Source of the DNA: Lama glama
Lineage: Eukaryota
Direction: 5' to 3'
Assembly (NCBI GenBank): GCA_028534125.1
Contig: CM052816.1
Span: 86,988,001 to 87,052,000, forward strand
Length of the DNA: 64,000 nt
The position numbers and the translations under genes are program-made. This document shows, in pieces, positions 12,412-23,697 of the stretch; positions within the stretch are counted from its first letter, which is position 1, and each line of letters begins with the position of its first letter. The notes under the pieces were generated by a model that did no database searches, was not told where the DNA came from, and worked only from the letters and a program-made list of their open reading frames with translations.

Positions 12412-14797
12412 TTTTTTATTTATTGAAGTAAATAGTTGATTTACAGTAGTGTTAGTTTTAGAAATACAGCAGAGTGATTTGGTTATATATATGTCTATGT
12501 ATATAGCAATTTTTAAAATTCTTTTCCATTATCATAAACTATATAATAAATTATAAGATATTGAATATAGTTCCCTGTGCTATACAGTATATCTTTGTTT
12601 TTTATCTATTTTTATTGAAGTATAGTTGATATTTTATGTTGTGTTAGTTTTGGGTATACAGCAAAGTGATTCAATTATATATATATATTATTTTTCAGAT
12701 TCTTTGCCATTATAGTTTATTACAAGATATTTAATATAGTTCCCAGTGCTATACAGTAGGTACTTGTTGTTTATTTTATATATAATAGTGTGTCTATGTT
12801 AATCCAAAGCTCCTAATTTATCCTACATCCCCACCCCTTACCCCTTTGATAGCCATAGTTTGAGTCTGTTTCCATTTGTAAATAAGTTCATTTGTGTCAT
12901 TTTTTTTAGATTCCACATATAAGAAATATACAGTATTTGTCTTTGTCTGACTAACTTCAGTTAATATAACATCTCTAGGTCCATCCATGTTGCTGCTAAT
13001 GGCATTATTTCATTCTTTTTTATGGCTAGTATCCCATTGTGTATGTGTGTGTGTGTGTGTCTGTATGTATGTGTATATATTCATCACATCTTTATCCAGT
13101 CATCTGTCAGTGGACATTTAGGTTCCTTCCATGTCTTCCATAGTGTTGCTATGAACATTGGGGGTGCATGTATTCTTTGAGTTAGTGTTTTGTCCAGATA
13201 ATACGTCCAGGAATGGGATCACTGGATCATATGGTAACTCTATTTTTAATTTTTTAAGGAACCTCCATACTGTCCACATAGTGGCTGCACCAGTTTATGT
13301 TCCCAGCAGCAGTGTGAGAGGGTTCCTTTTCCTTCACACTCTTCAGCATTTACTATTTGTAGACTTTTTGATGATGGCCATTCTCACTGGTGTGAGGTGA
13401 TAGCTCAGTGTGGTTTTGATTGGCATTTCTCTAATAACTTGTGATATTGAGCATCTTTTCATGTGCCTGTTGGCCAACTGGATGTCTTTTTTGGAGTAAT
13501 GTCTATTCAGATCCTCTGCACATTTTTTGATTTGATTGTTTGTTTTTTTGATGAGCTGTTTGTATATTTTGGAAATTAGTCCCTTGTCAATCATGTCATT
13601 GGCAAGTATTTTCTCCCATTCTTTAGATTGTCTTTTTGTTTTGTTTATTGTTTCCTTTGATGTGCAAAAGTTTGTAAGCTTAATCAGGTCCCATTTGCTT
13701 TTTGCTTTTATTTCCATTACTCTAGGAGATGTATCGAAAAAGTATTGCTTCAGTATATGTTAAAGTGTGTTCTGCCTATGTTTTACTCCAGTTTTACAGT
13801 ATCTGGTCTTAACATTTAGGTCTTCGATCCATTCTGAGTTTATTTTCTTATATGGTGTTAGAATTGTTCCAATTTCATTCTTTTGTGTGTAGTTGTCCAG
13901 TTTTCCCAGCACAACTTATTGAGGAGACTGTCCTTTCTCCATTGTGTGTTCTTACCTGCTTTGTCACAGATTAATTGACCATAAGTGTGTGAGTTTATTT
14001 CTGGGTCTTCTATCTTGTTCCATTGATCTGTGTGTCTGTTTTTGTGCCAGTACTGTGCTGTGTTGATTACTGTAGCTTTGTAGTATAATTTGAAATCAAG
14101 GAGCATGGTTCCTCCAGCTCCATTCTTATTTCTTAAGATTGTTTTGGCTACTTGAAGTCTTTTGTGTTTCCATACAAATTAAAAAAAAATTTATTCCAGG
14201 TCTATGAAAAATACCATTGGTAATTTGATAGGAATTGCATTAAATTAGTATATTTCCTTGGAATAGTATGGCCACTTTAAAAACATTGATTCTTCCAGTC
14301 CATGAACACAATATATCTTTCTATCTCTTTGTGTTGTCTTCAGTTTCTTTCATCAGTGTCTTACAGTTTTTGGAGTACAGGTCCTTTGCCTCCCTAGGTA
14401 GATTTATTCCTAGGTATTTTATTCTTTTTGATGCAATGGTAAATGTGATTGTTTCCTTAATTTCTCTTTCTGATATTTTTTGTTAGTGTATCAAAATGCA
14501 ATGGATTTCTGTATATTGATCTTGTATCCTGCAACTTTACTGAATTCATTGATGAGCTCTAGTAATTTTCTGGTGATGTCTTCAGGATTTTCTATGTAAA
14601 ATATCATGTCATCTGCAAACAGTGACAGTTTTACTTCTTCTTTTTCAATTTGGATTCCTTTTATTTCCTTGTCTTTTCTAATGACTGTGGCTAGGACTTC
14701 CAAAACTATGTTAAGTAAAATGGCAAAAATGGGCATCCTTGTCTTGTTCCTGATCTTAGAGCAAATGCTATCAGCTTTTCACCATTGAGTATGATGT
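12412..14797 (-). mobile_element. Lineage-specific 5'-truncated LINE-1 with an extra ~200 bp L1 3' end at its tail
   Basis: Poly(T) followed by artiodactyl-type L1 3'UTR (ttgaagtatagttgat...atagttccctgtgctatacagta) and ORF2-like ORFs 13343-13717, 13858-14106 and 14491-14736. Confidence 0.95.
13150..14797 (-). pseudogene. Disrupted L1 ORF2 (reverse transcriptase C-terminal half and C-terminal region)
   Basis: Translations [13 protein letters not shown] (RT catalytic motif), [11 protein letters not shown]...[11 protein letters not shown] and KWDLIKL...[13 protein letters not shown] are L1 ORF2p motifs, split by stops and frameshifts. Confidence 0.93.
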
Positions 14798-17244
14798 GGA
14801 TTTGTAAAATGAGTGAAACACCTTTAGGAAAGTTTTTTTCCCTCGTATGGAAATGTTGTGCTTTTTTGTCTTTCCAAATCAAAACTATTCGTTTTGAAAA
14901 GTGATTCATGTGCAAAGTGTAGAACAGATCATTATCAAACTAATTCCCAATGTGGCAGTGAGGATAGTATTTAATAGTTACAGATAATTTAACATGTGCC
15001 TCTTTTATTACCTAAGAAATGTTTATTCTGTGCCTGAGTAGCATTGGCCATATGTGTCTATAATTAATTACAAATTATCTACTCAGTTGATGATACCTGG
15101 CACAGCTGTTTTTTTTCCTGAAATTAATATTTAAGCATTGAAATATTCATTAATTTCTGTAGCCATATGTACAGTCATATTTATGTAATGCATTTGTTTA
15201 ATTACACATTGAAAATTTATTCCTTGTTAATCATCATAAGCATTAATATCTAATCAATGAAATTTGAAATTTTACACATAAATGCTACAATTGATGTTAT
15301 TTACTATAGTAGTGGAAGACTTCATGCCTATTGCATTTCCTACTTTTCTTGGGCTTGTAGACTTCTTGGGTACATTAATCAGAGAATGTAATGACAGCAA
15401 AGCCAAACTTCAGATTCAATATTTGCCTTAATATATTTCATTATTTTTCCTTCCCTAAAAAATATGAGACTGTGCAGCAGGTACAGCTCTGTAAAGCATG
15501 TCACTAGAAATAAAACTTCTCTGATTATTATTAGCACAACATCTTAAAAATGTTTTTCAAAAGGAGAGAAAGAGATGAAGAGATTGATTGGTTGATTGGC
15601 TAAATAAGGTTGAATAGGATCTAGATGGAAAACAGTTACAGGCAGACGGATAGCTCTAGAAACATCTAGAAGAAATATTTTATGAATCAGAATGGTGAGC
15701 TTTCAGTAGAACCCCAAAAGAATCAAATAGGAAAATCTTCTCCTGCCTATAGTATAAGGACTTTCAAGGTGGAAGGCAAATATGTACTGGAAAAAAAAAT
15801 GTATGTGTTTTGCAGTAGAGTCAGTGTATTTTATACCTTCCAAAAAATGTACACCAAATTAATCCAACATTTATTACTTCAGATAATTAAAGTGCTACTG
15901 TTTGTCTTAAAAATACTATATTATTTCATAATATGTGGAAAATTATACTTTATACACTTGTATTACAAATGAAAAATATAGAAAAGAAATCTTTTCACTG
16001 GTATATCTAAATGTATAAGGAATTAAACTAATACAACTAAATATATATGTGCTATATATATGATAGTATATAGACATACAAACATATACACATACATATA
16101 TATACATATACTATACATATATATATAAATATGTATGGATCAAGTGACTAATCAGTACAGTGAGAAGTAAGTATATCATGCACAGGATACATGTATGAAT
16201 GCTATAGTGTTACATAATAGAATCTCTTCTTGGCTAAGGAATCTACTATTCAAAAATATGATCTGATATCTAAATATTCAAAATATAGAGATTTCTTTGG
16301 AAATCATTAGATCTAATTGAATGGTTCTTACTGTACATACTTTGAATATAAACTATAGAATCAAAATTCTATACATAACTTTACATTTTTATTGATTTTC
16401 TTTGTAATATTTGATTATAGCATGAATGTGTTCATCTCATTGCAGAATTAGAAATGAGTCACTTTTATAATGAAAAGTCGCATTGTACTAAAAAATGAAT
16501 TTATGAGCATAGAATACCCAATATAGTGCTATAAATTTGAAATGGCTTCAAGACAATATCTCAGATTTAGATTTAATTTATTTCATAAATGTTCAGCAAT
16601 AATCACTTCAAACATAATTACTTCATAAAATTGGTGGAATATCTTTCAATATATATTTTTTGGTAAATGGGGGAATTTCAGAAGATGAAATCAATCAATT
16701 ATAATGAAGCACAGAAGTTTAGTTACTTTGAATAGCCTCTCATAAAAAAATTAAAAATCAACTTTCATATAATATACCATCTTTTAAAATTCAGTATTTT
16801 ACATTCTTATATTGTTAGAAGTGACATATTTAGAACAAAGTTAATGTTACAACAGTGATTATTTCTTAAATGATTTATAAGTATCATTACATTGTACATT
16901 TTGTTTTATTTTTATCATTTAATAGAATATTTTAGTTCTAATTACTCAGATGAGAAACAGATGCTCAGTGATATTATTAGTTGGCTGATTAGTAAACAGC
17001 AGATCTCAAAGTAAAAACAAAAGTCTTAAACCCAAAATAGAGCGGTGAAATACGTGAATACATAGAAATTAACAATAACATGATGTCACTTTTGCACGAG
17101 CAATTCAGATTGTGAAAATGGAAGCCAGAATACTGTGGGTGGAAAATCAAATAATGATAAAGTTAAACTATATCTGTAGACATGCCTACAAGTTCCCGAA
17201 GGTACCAGGTAAACATAAGAAAGGAAAGTATGACAAGAGAGTGA

Positions 17245-17410
17245 TTGCATATAAGAGAAAAGAAGAAAGGTCTAAACACGATCATCTAAATTTCCGTGTT
17301 CAGAAGCTAGAAAAAGAAAAGCATATTGAATCTAATGTAAGCAGAAGAAAATAAATAATAATTATAGCAGAAACCAATTAAACTGAAAACAGGAAATCAA
17401 TAGAGAAAAG
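17245..17410 (+). mobile_element. Old L1 ORF2 fragment
   Basis: Translation AYKRKEERSKHDHLNFRVQKLEKEKHIESNVSRRK matches the L1 ORF2 region following the endonuclease. Confidence 0.75.
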
Positions 17411-17419
17411 TTATCACTA

Positions 17420-18790
17420 CTCCACATGTGGCTGTTTTCTATCAGGAGGATTCCCTCTGCAAATTAAGAGGTAGGAGAGTACAAGACTGTAACACCCCTT
17501 ACCATACCATACATTCAGATGTGGAAGCTACACAATTCATTCAGTTGGCTCAAATGGCCTCACACAAAATCTGACATAAGCTTCTCCTTCTCTGTGTGAA
17601 CCAAGTCTGAACACAATAAATGGATTCCTCAGAGCCCCACTCCCTCCTCCCCTAGACAGTTTAACAGGGTGACTTGATTGCTTTTATCCAATGGATTTAT
17701 AAAAGTTTGATACTGCCCTGCCCTGACTGTCCCCAGGATATTGTAATAGGTATATATGACCCTAGGTCTCTCTTGGAGATGGGGAGACCTCAGCTACACC
17801 TCTAACCATCTTTTATCTTTTTCCTTAGAGCTTGAACAGTCAGTGTGAAAGGAAGGGAGCTAGAGAGTACAGGGTCCACCCACTAGTAAGCAAGGCTTTG
17901 GGTTTATATTCAGTTTCCAGAGGTTACCAACATGGATCAACAAATGAGCTTCTAGTGTTTTGAGTCTTTATAAAACTCCTTGTACTCACCGTGGGCACAA
18001 TTTATTTGCAATGTGGGTACTCCTTGGCAAAGCACTATAGCCACCTTGCATTTCTAACAACTTCCATTTTACCCTCCTATCATATAAAAAAAAAAAGAAA
18101 AAGGAGCAACAACGAAAGCACCAATGAATCCAACCTCTCACCAAACAACTTCTAAAAATTCTTTAATAATAGGGAAAGTAGGAGACTTTTAACCCCATAC
18201 CCCCACCAACACTTAGGCAAGTGTATGTTCAAAACTTAAGGGTAACAGGCAGTCCTTCATAGCTTCTCAGCTGGTCCATGGAGGGCTTGTCCATTCCGTT
18301 TCTGAAAGTCATATCTCAGCATCACATTCTCATGATCAAAATCTATTAAACCTGAGAGTAAAGTGAGATTTGTATCCTATTTGTAAGCTATGAAACCATC
18401 CAGTCACAGTTTTATAGATACTGGCAAAAGACAGGAGATCACTCTGTCAGAGACAAAGGATGTTATTCAGCACAGCAAGAAAAATGAGCTTTGTTTTCAC
18501 ATAGGCGTTCCCTGAAAGAGTGTTGAGCATGTTGTTTGTGTCACAAAGGATGACCCTCATAGTTAACGAACTTGAATCCTTTTCATCAGCTGCAAGCAAA
18601 CCTGCCTAACCTTCACCCTGGAGACCGGCATTATCTTTATTAGATTGGACATGAAAATAAATCTGTCCTCTACTAGGAAGGAAGTCAAAATCTCTATATT
18701 TCAAGGCTGTATAAATATCCATGACAAGAGAATCTGGAACAAAAAAAAGCTTTCTCTAACCAGAAACTTCAACAGCTATAAAAGATGCAA
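17420..18790 (-). mobile_element. ERVL-class remnant: LTR41/LTR52-like LTR (about 18344-18790) plus adjacent internal sequence
   Basis: gagatttgtatcctatttgtaagcta...cacagttttatagatactggcaaaagacaggaga...tcagagacaaagga aligns by eye with the LTR at 33333-34439; the sequence to its left resembles an ERVL leader/internal region. Confidence 0.6.
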
Positions 18791-19396
18791 ATTTTTGATG
18801 TTTACATCTGTGTACACTTCTGCATGGGTTATCAAATCTGTTATTTTAATTGTAAAATAATATTTTTATTGCATCTAAAATTTAATTCATTTCAGTATAA
18901 TTTTTGGTCACACACATAAATATATATGTGTATATATACACAAATATATACACGTGATATATGTATATATATATATTAAGTGATGTGAACCACCCAATTT
19001 TTTCTGTGAATGTAGGTGTTCTGCATATCTTTTAGATATTCAACAGTAATTACAACTAAATAAATATAGAAATAAATGTTTTACAAGTATTTCAGGCTTT
19101 AATTTTTTTTCCTTATAACGCCCATTATTCTTTTTGCACTATAACTATGTGAAGCAATTATTATGTGCTGGGCTAGTAATATCAGACAACTATTGAGTAA
19201 TTTATTTGTTTACACTCTCCGGCTCTGTAAACAAATATTTCACTCCAGGGATAATTGATTACTAAAAATTTAAAATAATTACAATTTCTGAGGAGAAATA
19301 ACATTACCAGCTACAATTTAAAGGATTAAGATTTAAAGGACATGACTTGGGCCTTCACTTAAGGAACTCAAAAAAACAATTATAAAGGAAAATATA

Positions 19397-19712
19397 CAGT
19401 AGTGCCCTCTAAACTGCAGCTTTGCTTTCCACAATTTCAGTTACCTGTGGGCAACCGAGATCCAAAAACGTCAAATGGAAAATTCCAAAGATAACCAATT
19501 CTTAAATTTTAAATTGTGCTCACCTTTCTAAGCAGCATAGTGAAATCTTGCATTTACCCACTCTTTTCTGCCCAAGACATGATTTATGCCTTTGTTCAGT
19601 GTATCCTGCCTATTAGTCACTTAGTAGCTGACTGGTTATCAGATCAGCTGTCGTGGTGTCACGGTGCTTGTGTGACCCTTACAGTCCCCAAAGTGCGAGA
19701 GTAGTGATACTG
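19397..19712 (+). mobile_element. MER44/Tigger7-type TcMar DNA transposon, left part
   Basis: TA + cagtagtgccct...ttcagttacctgtgggcaaccg...aaatggaaaattcca...tagtcacttagtagc...ccccaaagtgcgagagtagtgat. Confidence 0.85.
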
Positions 19713-20609
19713 ACTGTTGTGCTTGGTTAAGATAGAAAACCATTAAATTGGTAAATAATCATCATTCAGCATAGTCTTTTCTATTATTTTTTGTAGTTTT
19801 TCTTAAGCATCCCTCCTAGTTTTACTTTAAAAAATTTTAAGCTATTTTACTTAAGATACTGAACTTGAAGAAAAAATACATATAAGGTACAGTCGCCTTA
19901 TTAATATGGTTTTAAGCAGTTGTCCTTTTTCATAGTTAAGTGCTGAAAGCATTTGAAGCATTACATAAAATGACATCTAGTTTTAAAACAAAGACAGCTT
20001 TTATTTCAGCTAACAGCTGTTCAAATATATACTTCAAATTCAGATGTAAATGGATTAAAAGAACAGTAATTTGTATTAAAATGGCATTAGACTGCAATAC
20101 CCTTTAATTCAAAAGTTTCTAATTTAAATATTCATTTTTATAAAGAGAAACATGACAAACTGGATCAAATATCTGACTATATCCTTTATATCCAGTGAAT
20201 GGTTTTCTACATGACAAAAACAAAAAAAGTGAGAATAAAACATGCTATTGGGTCTAAAATATTTGGAGATTTGAGGAACGTTTATGCTATGAAGCATTCA
20301 TTTTCCTCTACCTTTCCTTCAAAACTTAAAGCCTCTTTTTCTTTTAATTCTGTAGTAACTGTGCTGAGTCTTTATTTGAGCTCTCATCACACAGTTCTGG
20401 GACACCTTGTCGCCACTTCGCTGTGTTTTCATGGAGAATATGCTTGCTCTCATGAGCATGAACCGCGTCCTGTTCTTCCTTTGTGCTCTGTTGCTAAGCA
20501 CTGCGTTTGATTCAACAATGATACAATGTTGTTTATTCTTCTTTTCATTTTTTTCTAATCTACTTCTATTGTGTTAAAAAATCACATATAGTGAAATACG
20601 TACACCAAT

Positions 20610-21198
20610 ACTATTTTGTATGAGAAGTTTCAAATCTTGATAAAGCTCAATTTATTTAAAAAAAATAAAGATAGGGTGCTTTGAAAGAATCTAGTTTATT
20701 CTATTGTAAAAAAATTCTTTATTCTTCTTCTAGACAATATACATTGTAACTTTTATTTTTAGATCTAAAGTATACCTATCATTTATATCTTGTATGGTTG
20801 GGATTGTGAGAAAAGGGTTGTGATTAATTATCTTTTTTTCATGTATTTTTCATGTTTTTCCACTCCATTTGATGAAGGACTTTTCTTTCCCACAGTATTG
20901 CCTTGGCATCTGCGTTGAAGACTGGTTTATGTCACTCTATTTCCAAACCTGTGTGTGTTCATTTTTCTGTATTCTCTTTTCTGTTTCATTGATCTTTTTG
21001 TCTATATTTATGTCAGTACAATGTCATATTGCTTATTATAACTTTACAAAACACTTTAAATAGTTTGTTTGAATCCTTTGCTTTTCTTCTTTTTCACCTT
21101 TTTTAATGTAAACCCTCTGCATTGCCATATAAGAATCAATATATTTTTTATGGAAATATCTCCTGAGATTTTGATTGGATTTGCATTAAAACTCTATA
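20610..21198 (-). mobile_element. Old L1 (L1ME-like) ORF2 3' fragment
   Basis: ttctgtttcattgatc...tttatgtcagtaca...ctgagattttgattggatttgcattaaaactctata. Confidence 0.65.
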
Positions 21199-21429
21199 AC
21201 ACATGTAATATGAAGGCTAAACTAACTATTGTTCTAAGCCACTGAGATTTTAAGTTGTCATTATGGCAGCATACTTTAGATTAAGCTGAAAATTAAATAA
21301 ATCTTAACACAGAGTTTCCTTCACATATGACTTCTTTGTAATCCATTTTAAAATAGGCATTCTCTACTTCAAAACTCTGCAAATTTTAGCACATATATAG
21401 TTAAAAATATCTTTAAAATATTTCTTCAT

Positions 21430-21545
21430 GTAAATTATTTATCTCCATCCTAGAATATAAGTGCTATGGAGACCGGTTGTGCCTGGCTGTGTGCCAGTCT
21501 CTAGAACACAGCCTAATGAAAGCAGGCACTCAGATACTTGATCAC
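21430..21545 (+). mobile_element. L2 3' end fragment
   Basis: ctagaatataagtgctatggaga...ctagaacacagccta...caggcactcagatacttg. Confidence 0.55.
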
Positions 21546-22409
21546 ATCAAAAACAGTGGCATCCCAAACTCACTGTAACTTTGGGTAGATTGAGTATATC
21601 AATTATATTAAATCCTTTGGGGAATGAATAACGAGGAACAAAGCATTCTCCCTTTAACTGAAGATCAGTGGTGTGTACATCTGTAATCGTATAAATGAGG
21701 AGAGAGATGTATTTTACGTGAACTGAGCATTCATTCATCAAATATTTTGCTACCAACATGTTCAAGTTATGGAATAAAAAGACAGAACTGACTTCATGAC
21801 CAATAAATTTGCTTACAATCAAATACAGAAATAAGTAAATAATATATATATATAATATACTATAAATCAGAATGAAGTGTAGCAGAAGTAATTCCAGGCA
21901 AAATCAGAGTTGAAACAAAGAAAAGTCAACAATGTTTAATGTATCCTCACATTATACAGTAAAACACCGAAGAGCTTATATATTTTAAAATGTGTGTGTA
22001 CAATTTAAAAAATAAATTAATATAGTATCTTATATATAGTAATGAAATACATTAACCTATATGTTTCTGACACACATGTATGACATAATATACACATATA
22101 TATATCAGAAATATATGTTAATATATTTAAATCTTTCTCTTTAAGAGAAATAATGTAAAAAATGGCAAATGGGAAATACCCAATTTACTAATAAAAATCT
22201 AAAGGTTACTGTTCAAAATATTCAGTTATATCATGCAATAACAAGTTTAATGTGCTCCAGTAATAAAATAAATATATCCAGAAGAAATTCATGGAAGAAA
22301 TACATATTTCCATCTACCACTAATACAATGATATTCTAAACATTTTTAAATAATAATAGATATCTGTTAAACAATTATAATATCACAGTATCATTATTAG
22401 TTTCATGTT

Positions 22410-23015
22410 GGTGCTATCTTAGAGTTCAGATCAGAAGTCTGAAATTATTTGAATGGTGTCAAGAGGACTGGTTCCTTCCAAAAGTTCCAGAGGATAACCT
22501 TCGTTGCTTCTCCAGCTTCTAGAAGATATCTATGTATAAACTAAATAAATAACAAAATCCTACTATATAACACAGGGGACTATCTTCAATATCTTATGAT
22601 GCACTATAATGGAAAATAATGTGAAAAAGAATATTTATGTATCTGAATTACTTTGCTGTACACCAGCACCTAACACAACACTATAAATCAACTATACCTC
22701 AATAAAAAAAAATTAAATTTAAAAATAGAAGACAGCTACATTCCTTAGTTTGTTTGCTTCCTCTATCTTCGAAGGCAGCAGTTTAGCCTCTCCTCTCGTC
22801 TCTGACCTCTTGCCTCCCTATTCTAAAGGCCCTTGTGATATATTGAGCCCACCTGGTTATTTCAGGATTTTCTCCCTATCTTGAAATCCATACCACTCAC
22901 ATCTACAAAACACATCGCATCATGCCTTTTGCCATATAAAGTGATATAGTCACATACATGTTCTGGGAATTAGAACATGGACATCCTTAGTTGGACCATT
23001 ATTTTGTCTACTACA
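22410..23015 (-). mobile_element. MaLR LTR (MLT1D-like), interrupted by an L1 fragment
   Basis: tccagcttctagaaga...ccttgtgatatattgagcccacc...ttttgccatataaagtgatata...ttagaacatggacatc...ctaca. Confidence 0.8.
22527..22725 (+). mobile_element. Short lineage-specific L1 3' end with poly(A) and 7-bp TSD TAGAAGA
   Basis: L1 3' end (ctttgctgtacaccag...ctataaatcaactatacctcaataaaa); TAGAAGA at 22520-22526 and 22726-22732. Confidence 0.88.
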
Positions 23016-23166
23016 GCAACAGAAAACAGAAATTATGCATATATTTGGGGTGTTGTTTGATAAAATATCTTATTGTCAGTTATATGTATAGCACTTTAAT
23101 AATTGTATACTTTTATTTATTTAAATACATATACATATATGTGTATACACACACAGACATACGCAA

Positions 23167-23697
23167 GTGGTAGGTAGATATGCAGCCTCTAAGCTGGCCC
23201 CCAAAGATTGCCGGCTTCTGGTATTCACACTCTTGTGTAATCTCCTACTCTTGGTAGTAGGCTGTAGTTATTGATTCACTTCTACCAAATAGAGTATGGT
23301 GGGGGTAATGGGTTTTGTCATATCTGAGATTAAATTATAAAGAATGTGGTTGCCATTTGGGGTACACTTTCTTGTCCTTTCTTGGATCAGTCATTCTGGA
23401 GGAAGGCAGATGCCATATTGTGAAGCCACTGTGTGGAGAGGTGCCTGTGAGTGACCTTGGAAGCTGATACTGTGGTGTCTGCCCACAACCACATGAGAAA
23501 TCTTGGAAATAAATCCTTCCGTAGTTGAGCCTTGAGAAAACTTGTCCCACTTGACACCTAGATTGTAACCTCCCTGGAGATTTTGAACCTCAAACACTCA
23601 GCATAGCTGACCCACAGAATTTCTGAGATAATAAATGTTTGATGCTTTAAGCAACTAAAGCTGGATGTTTTATTATGTGTCAGTAGATAACCAATAT
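23167..23697 (+). mobile_element. MaLR LTR (MLT1F-like)
   Basis: gcagcctctaagctggccccca...ctggtattcacactcttgtgtaatc...gacccacagaa...tgagataataaatg...agtagataac. Confidence 0.8.

Noticed and set aside
13343..14736. Active reverse transcriptase gene
   Set aside because: Ordinary 5'-truncated L1 ORF2 broken by stops and frameshifts, lacking the promoter, ORF1 and endonuclease
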